Shown here piece after piece: positions 59,097 to 64,000 of a stretch of DNA of 64,000 nt. The notes below the pieces were generated by a model. That model was not told the origin of the DNA. It saw only the letters and a list, made by a program, of their open reading frames with translations, and made no database searches. The position numbers were made by a program, and so were the translations under genes. Each line of letters starts with the position of its first letter. Position 1 is the first letter of the stretch. The DNA is from Bacteroidales bacterium (GTDB taxonomy: Bacteria; Bacteroidota; Bacteroidia; Bacteroidales; NBLH01), in contig JBNKRJ010000003.1 of NCBI GenBank assembly GCA_050296515.1, forward strand, positions 462 through 64,461, written 5' to 3'.

Positions 59097-59210
59097 TAAA
59101 TCTAACGTTTAAAATTAATGATTATTGGTTTTAAAAAAACGCCCTTAGAAGGCTCTTTTTGGCAAAGTTAAAAACAATATGGAAAAGGTAAATTCCTGAC
59201 AGGTATAAAT

Positions 59211-59245
59211 AAAAAAGGCCATCCGGGAAGGACAGCCTTTTTATT
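59211..59245 (-). terminator. terminator of the HU gene (usable in both directions)
   Basis: 'aaaaggc' pairs with 'gcctttt' around a 15-nt loop. A-run and T-run flanks lie just downstream of the HU stop at 59260. Confidence 0.65.
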
Positions 59246-59259
59246 AAGAAACAAATTTC

Positions 59260-59532
59260 TTATTGTACGCTTCCAGCAAGTTCGCTACCAGCTTTGAATT
59301 TAACTACGTTTTTAGCAGCAATTTTAATTTCTTTACCAGTTTGTGGGTTTCTACCAGTTCTGGCACTTCTTTTAGAAACAGAGAAAGAACCAAATCCTAC
59401 TAATGCAACACGGTCACCTTTTTTAAGTGCACCTGAAGTAGCGTCAATGAATGCATCTAATGCTCTTTTAGCATCGGCTTTAGTTAAATTAGCTCCACTT
59501 GCAATTTCGTCAATTAATTGAGCTTTGTTCAT
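59260..59532 (-). CDS. hup: HU-family DNA-binding protein
   Basis: 90 aa. [11 protein letters not shown]...[28 protein letters not shown]. Confidence 0.93.
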   Translation of the reverse strand: MNKAQLIDEIASGANLTKADAKRALDAFIDATSGALKKGDRVALVGFGSFSVSKRSARTGRNPQTGKEIKIAAKNVVKFKAGSELAGSVQ

Positions 59533-59581
59533 AATAATAAATTTTAAAAGTTAATGAAATATTTTAATTCGATTCCTTATG

Positions 59582-59589
59582 CAAATATA
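59582..59589 (-). promoter_or_regulatory. Bacteroidota-type -7 box TATATTTG (minus strand)
   Basis: Plus-strand 'caaatata' at 59582-59589, about 50 nt upstream of the HU start codon. Confidence 0.4.
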
Positions 59590-59952
59590 GACTATTTAAG
59601 GACTTTAGCAAGTTTAGAGTAAAAAAAAACGCATTTTTTTTGAAAAAAGAGGAAAAATTATTTGGGTTTTTTCGAATTTCTGTATGCTAATTATAGCGTA
59701 GGTTTCAGGGATATGGCGTGAAGCTTGAGTTTGAATGATATAATTCAATATACTTATAATCAACTATTTAAATGGTTTAGTGATTTATGAAAAATGATTC
59801 TGATTTTTCTAGAAAGTGTCGAAACACTTATCAACAAAGGGTGTTAATAAATTCGGCCGTTTTTTTTTGATTTTTTTTCTCGGAAGTGGGGATTTTTATT
59901 ACAAATAATCAAAAAATTGCTATAAAACTTTACAATGAGACATTGTTTTACA

Positions 59953-59984
59953 AAAAAAGCCACTCATTTTGAGTGACTTTTTTA
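59953..59984 (-). terminator. rho-independent terminator of rho
   Basis: The minus strand reads 'agtcactc aaaa gagtggct' (8 bp including one G-U) followed by T7, about 25 nt after the rho stop. Confidence 0.7.
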
Positions 59985-60009
59985 CTTAATTTATCAGTTA
60001 TATTGCTTC

Positions 60010-61563
60010 TTATTCGCTATTCATTGAAATAAGAAACTCCTCATTTGATTGTGTTTTATTCATTCTGTCTCTTAAGAATTCCATTGCTTCAACAGAATTC
60101 ATGTCAGAAAGGTAATTTCTTAAAATCCAAAGTCTGTTAAGCACCTCTCTATCAAGCAATAAGTCTTCCCTTCGAGTACTTGAAGAATTAATATCAACGG
60201 CTGGGTAAACTCGTTTGTTCGATAATTTCCTGTCTAATTGAAGCTCCATGTTTCCAGTACCTTTGAATTCTTCAAAAATAACTTCATCCATTTTTGAGCC
60301 AGTATCAATAAGTGCTGTAGCAATAATGGTTAATGAACCACCATTTTCTATATTTCTTGCTGCACCAAAGAATCGTTTTGGTTTATGAAGCGCATTTGCA
60401 TCAACACCTCCAGAAAGCACCTTTCCAGATGCAGGAGAAACTGTATTGTAAGCTCTTGCCAAACGTGTGATTGAGTCTAGAAGAATAACAACATCATGAC
60501 CACATTCTACCATTCTGCGTGCCTTTTCCAATACAATGTTTGCTACTTTAACGTGTCTATCAGCCGGCTCATCAAATGTTGAAGAAATTACCTCAGCATT
60601 TACACTTCGTGCCATATCGGTCACCTCTTCAGGTCGCTCATCAATTAATAAAATAATCAAATAAGCTTCGGGATGATTGGCTGCAATTGCATTTGCAACT
60701 TCCTTTAAAAGAACTGTCTTACCTGTTTTAGGTTGTGCAACAATCAAACCTCTTTGTCCCTTACCAATTGGAGCAAATAAATCAATCACCCTGGTTGATA
60801 ATGAATCTTTTCCATTTCCTGTTAAATTGAATTTTTCATCAGGAAATAATGGAGTTAGATAATCAAAAGGAATTCTGTCTCGGATATAATCTGGGCTTCG
60901 TCCGTTAATTTCCTCTACTTTTATTAGAGGAAAGTACTTTTCACTTTCTTTTGGTGGGCGAATTTGGCCTTTTACGATATCACCTGTTTTTAGTCCAAAC
61001 AGTTTTATTTGTGACTGCGAAACATAAATATCGTCAGGAGAGTTGAAATAGTTGTAATCAGCTGACCGTAAAAACCCATATCCTTCTGGCATTACTTCGA
61101 GAACACCTGAATTGGAGATAATTCCGTCAAAATCATATAACTTATCTTTTTGTCTTTTTTGATTTCTAAGGTGGAAGTGTTCCTTCTTTCCGTTAGAATC
61201 ATGTCTTTGATGCTCCTTTAGTGGTCTTTTATCTTCCACAACTGGTTTTTCTTTCACCTCTGTTTCAACAACCTCTTCCTTTTTCTGAGGTTTTTCCTTC
61301 TCAACCTCTTTTTTCTCAGAAACAACAGGTTCTACCTTCTGAACAGGTTTTCTAATTCTGTCTTTCTTTTCTTTTTTCTCAGTTTGTTTTTCTGGAGCTT
61401 TGGAGGATTTTTTGTCTTTGGAATCGTTGATAGCTTGTTGATCTAGAATTTTGTAGATGAGTTCCTGTTTTTTTATAGATTCAACTTTTTTGATTCCTAA
61501 GTCACGTGCGATGGTTCTCAGATCAGAGACCAACTTCTTATTCAATTCAAGAATGTCGTACAT
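60010..61563 (-). CDS. rho: transcription termination factor Rho with a ~95-aa Lys/Glu-rich N-terminal insertion
   Basis: Walker [16 protein letters not shown]-binding domain [33 protein letters not shown]. There is an insertion between ILDQQAIN and [16 protein letters not shown] relative to E. coli Rho. Confidence 0.95.
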   Translation of the reverse strand: MYDILELNKKLVSDLRTIARDLGIKKVESIKKQELIYKILDQQAINDSKDKKSSKAPEKQTEKKEKKDRIRKPVQKVEPVVSEKKEVEKEKPQKKEEVVETEVKEKPVVEDKRPLKEHQRHDSNGKKEHFHLRNQKRQKDKLYDFDGIISNSGVLEVMPEGYGFLRSADYNYFNSPDDIYVSQSQIKLFGLKTGDIVKGQIRPPKESEKYFPLIKVEEINGRSPDYIRDRIPFDYLTPLFPDEKFNLTGNGKDSLSTRVIDLFAPIGKGQRGLIVAQPKTGKTVLLKEVANAIAANHPEAYLIILLIDERPEEVTDMARSVNAEVISSTFDEPADRHVKVANIVLEKARRMVECGHDVVILLDSITRLARAYNTVSPASGKVLSGGVDANALHKPKRFFGAARNIENGGSLTIIATALIDTGSKMDEVIFEEFKGTGNMELQLDRKLSNKRVYPAVDINSSSTRREDLLLDREVLNRLWILRNYLSDMNSVEAMEFLRDRMNKTQSNEEFLISMNSE

Positions 61564-61766
61564 GCGTTTTAGTAAATTAAATTTGTATAAATTAATATGG
61601 AATAATACCTAAGTGTTATATAAAATATTTTTTCAATTTTGAAATGTTAGTCGCGAAACGATCTAGGAAAAATAATTGTAGCTCGATGTGCTAACGGAAA
61701 TACTTTAAAATTTGCTGCAATAATAACTAATTCAGTAGAAATAGCCAAATAAAATTGTCATTTTTA

Positions 61767-63068
61767 TCAATAATTTGCACTTTTTGAGCTATTTACCATC
61801 GTATATCCTACTAATTTTTCGTAAGTAGAGCTATAATCTTTATAATATACTAGAATCTGATATTCATTTTCTGCCTGAAAAAAGTTACCTTCAGCTTCAT
61901 AAGCAGATTCCTCATTATCAAATAGCTTATCAGGAGATTTAAAGCGATACTGATAATTGTAATATCCTTGTTTCAAATACAATTTCCCTACAAAACATTC
62001 GTTTTTAAAATCGTATTTCATTTTGGCAGCATCTTGGTAATCCCAGTCTGTTAGGGCACCGTAAATATAATAATCTCCGCTTTGTAATGGGATAGGTGCA
62101 TTTAGACGAAAATAAACAAAACAATAATCAGCCATAATATTGCTTCTGTCACTGTTCTCCAACTTTATTGTTCTTTTTCCATCAATATCTGGTTTAAAGT
62201 TGTACTCTTCCTCCGCTCTGTTTTTATCTGGTCTTAAATAGACATGATTAAGGTCTGGCTTTTTATCTACTGTCAATAATCTGTCTGAAATAAATCTGAA
62301 ATTTTTAATATCAAAATGTCTGAATTCATTACCTCCTGCAAATGCAAGCTCATTTATCGTATTGTATTTGAGTATATTACCATCAATAAATGAAGGTTTA
62401 ATGTTGGAGAAGTCTTTTACAAGACCATTGTTTTTTTGAATCTTCAACAAAATTGTTTCGGACGGATTTTCTATTTCATAATCGCAATCAAGCTCAATAT
62501 TAATACGTTGGTTTAATCCATCTTTAACTTTTACATTCATCCTGTCGATAGTAGCATTAATTTCAACCAATTCCTCCATCACATAAAACCGCCTTGTGAG
62601 TATTATATTTTCAGGATTATTTCGTTCATATACCTTTATAATATAGTTGCCCGGTTTTGTAATTCGAAAATCTTCAGTTGGAAACTCAACTGTATAATTA
62701 ACATAGTTAACTAAAGTGTTTTGAGAAAAGGAATAGTTCGAAATGTCAACTTCCTGGTAACCATCAATATATTCAATTGGGCTTAAATCACTTTGTTGCC
62801 AGTTGGCGTTGCAGTGAATAACTGAGAACGAATAATCATTTACCAATGTTCCTATTTCATCAAATTGTAGCAAAAGTTTGTCTTCAGTATCAAGTTTAAT
62901 GATAGGGGACGATAACTCTGAGCCATTTCTATGAATTACAACTGATTTAATACCTTCTTTATATACGATGTTCTTCCATGTTTTGGGCTCCGAAATATCA
63001 TTTTTGATGTTTGTTTCAGGTTTGGCAAAAAGCAAAAAGATGGAAAGTATTCTGAGAAATAAAACCAT
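61767..63068 (-). CDS. secreted DUF5103-like protein with a CBM48/AMPK-beta-like C-terminal domain
   Basis: N-terminal signal-like MVLFLRILSIFLLFA. Motifs VIHCNANWQQSDL, GGNEFRHFD and YYIYGALTDWDY...YLKQGYYNYQYRF. The family call is from memory and needs an HMM check. Confidence 0.65.
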   Translation of the reverse strand: MVLFLRILSIFLLFAKPETNIKNDISEPKTWKNIVYKEGIKSVVIHRNGSELSSPIIKLDTEDKLLLQFDEIGTLVNDYSFSVIHCNANWQQSDLSPIEYIDGYQEVDISNYSFSQNTLVNYVNYTVEFPTEDFRITKPGNYIIKVYERNNPENIILTRRFYVMEELVEINATIDRMNVKVKDGLNQRINIELDCDYEIENPSETILLKIQKNNGLVKDFSNIKPSFIDGNILKYNTINELAFAGGNEFRHFDIKNFRFISDRLLTVDKKPDLNHVYLRPDKNRAEEEYNFKPDIDGKRTIKLENSDRSNIMADYCFVYFRLNAPIPLQSGDYYIYGALTDWDYQDAAKMKYDFKNECFVGKLYLKQGYYNYQYRFKSPDKLFDNEESAYEAEGNFFQAENEYQILVYYKDYSSTYEKLVGYTMVNSSKSANY

Positions 63069-63260
63069 TAATTAGGGAATTGATAATTTTTTTATAACTT
63101 AATATTTTCAATTTTAGTATTCAGGTGCAAACTATATTTTCAAGTATTTATATTAATGACTAGATATAGGTAAATATCTATATTTCAATAAGTAGCAATA
63201 ACTCAGAAAGTTTTGATTAAGTCTAAATCGATTTTATTGAGAATCACAATGTTTTTTTTT

Positions 63261-63268
63261 TACATTTG
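63261..63268 (+). promoter_or_regulatory. Bacteroidota-type -7 box TACATTTG
   Basis: Exact TAnnTTTG, 25 nt upstream of the nqrA ATG. A TTG at 63237-63239 is in a plausible -33 position. Confidence 0.4.
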
Positions 63269-63293
63269 CAAAAATATTAAATAAAACTCTAAA

Positions 63294-64000
63294 ATGTCGA
63301 ACAAAATAAAGATAAAAAGAGGTTTAGATATTAAACTGATCGGAAAAGCAGAAAAAAAGGTTCAGGAACTAGGGCTTTCTGCTTTTTATGCGTTAAAGCC
63401 AACCGACTTTGAAGGACTTACGCCAAAAATATTAGTTAAGGAAGGTGAAACAGTAAAAGCTGGCTCACCTTTATTTTTTGATAAATACAGCCCTGAAGTC
63501 CTGTTTACTTCACCGGTGAGCGGAACAGTGGCAGAAGTTATTAGAGGTGAAAGGCGAAGGGTGCTTGAAGTGGTTGTGAAACCTGACGAATCGATTGAAT
63601 ATGAGCAGTTTGGATCATCAAGCCCGGCTGACTCAAGCAAAGAGCAAATCATTGAAAAAATTCAAAAGGCAGGTTTATGGCCAACAATCAGGCAACGACC
63701 TTATGCCATTATTGCAAAAAAGGAAGATACACCAAAGGCTATTTATGTTTCAGGATTTGATTCAGCTCCATTGGCGCCTGACTATGAATTTATTTTGAAA
63801 GATCAATTGGAAGATTTTCAGGCAGGTATTGATGCCCTTGCTAAGCTTACCAGTGGCAAAGTAAATTTGAGCTTACATGATGAAATCAACACGGGTTTGT
63901 TTAAGAACACTAAGAATGTAGATATTTATGAGTTTTCAGGGCCACATCCATCCGGGACCGTGGGAGTACAGATTAATAAAATAGATCCAATTAATAAAGG
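63294..64000 (+). CDS. nqrA: Na+-translocating NADH:quinone oxidoreductase subunit A, 5' part (runs off the window)
   Basis: Not in the ORF track because there is no stop in the window. My translation from ATG 63294 reads MSNKIKIKRGLDIKLIGKAEKKV...VKEGETVKAGSPLFFDKYSPEVLFTSPVSGTVAEVIRGERRRVLEVVV...GLWPTIRQRPY. This is the typical NqrA N-terminus. Confidence 0.9.
   Translation, partial: MSNKIKIKRGLDIKLIGKAEKKVQELGLSAFYALKPTDFEGLTPKILVKEGETVKAGSPLFFDKYSPEVLFTSPVSGTVAEVIRGERRRVLEVVVKPDESIEYEQFGSSSPADSSKEQIIEKIQKAGLWPTIRQRPYAIIAKKEDTPKAIYVSGFDSAPLAPDYEFILKDQLEDFQAGIDALAKLTSGKVNLSLHDEINTGLFKNTKNVDIYEFSGPHPSGTVGVQINKIDPINK

Noticed and set aside
59621-59642. A9-CGCA-T9 palindrome upstream of the HU promoter
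   Set aside because: An all-A/T stem is thermodynamically weak. It is more simply explained as an A/T tract (UP-element-like or curved DNA) in an AT-rich intergenic region.

Overview
This is an AT-rich chromosomal segment, roughly one-third G+C by eye. Gene content points to a Bacteroidota genome: a CarboxypepD_reg-type TonB-dependent receptor with a DUF4249-like partner, DUF4835-like and DUF5103-like proteins, TPR histidine kinases, Rho with a long N-terminal insertion, and Nqr. 'TAnnTTTG' -7 promoter boxes agree with that. Rubrerythrin, Bcp and IcmF suggest an anaerobic or microaerophilic lifestyle. I call 54 protein-coding genes, the last one (nqrA) running off the window. About two thirds are recognisable housekeeping or metabolic genes: coaBC, recN, recA, rho, HU, amt, icmF, GH3 and GH13 hydrolases, an aldehyde dehydrogenase, a C69 dipeptidase, two-component systems and an ECF sigma module. 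I found no rRNA, tRNA, CRISPR array, transposase, integrase or phage gene, so this looks like core chromosome rather than a mobile or defence island. The items most worth a second look are: (1) a compact operon of three uncharacterised genes at 35591-38084, encoding an acidic protein and two zinc-ribbon proteins; (2) a complete AmmeMemoRadiSam module at 14149-16627, a conserved system whose substrate is unknown; (3) a GC-elevated, multiply hairpinned ~270-nt element at 133-400 that matches no RNA family I can recognise by eye; (4) a dispersed, modular family of mini-hairpin intergenic repeats with copies at 16696-16853, 24611-24715 and 44118-44272, plus related hairpin clusters elsewhere; (5) four helically phased TCAAT repeats between a NarL-type response regulator gene and a porin-amt operon; (6) a lipoprotein with a papain/C39-like Cys...His signature. 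All family assignments rest on motifs read by eye and need HMM or BLAST confirmation.
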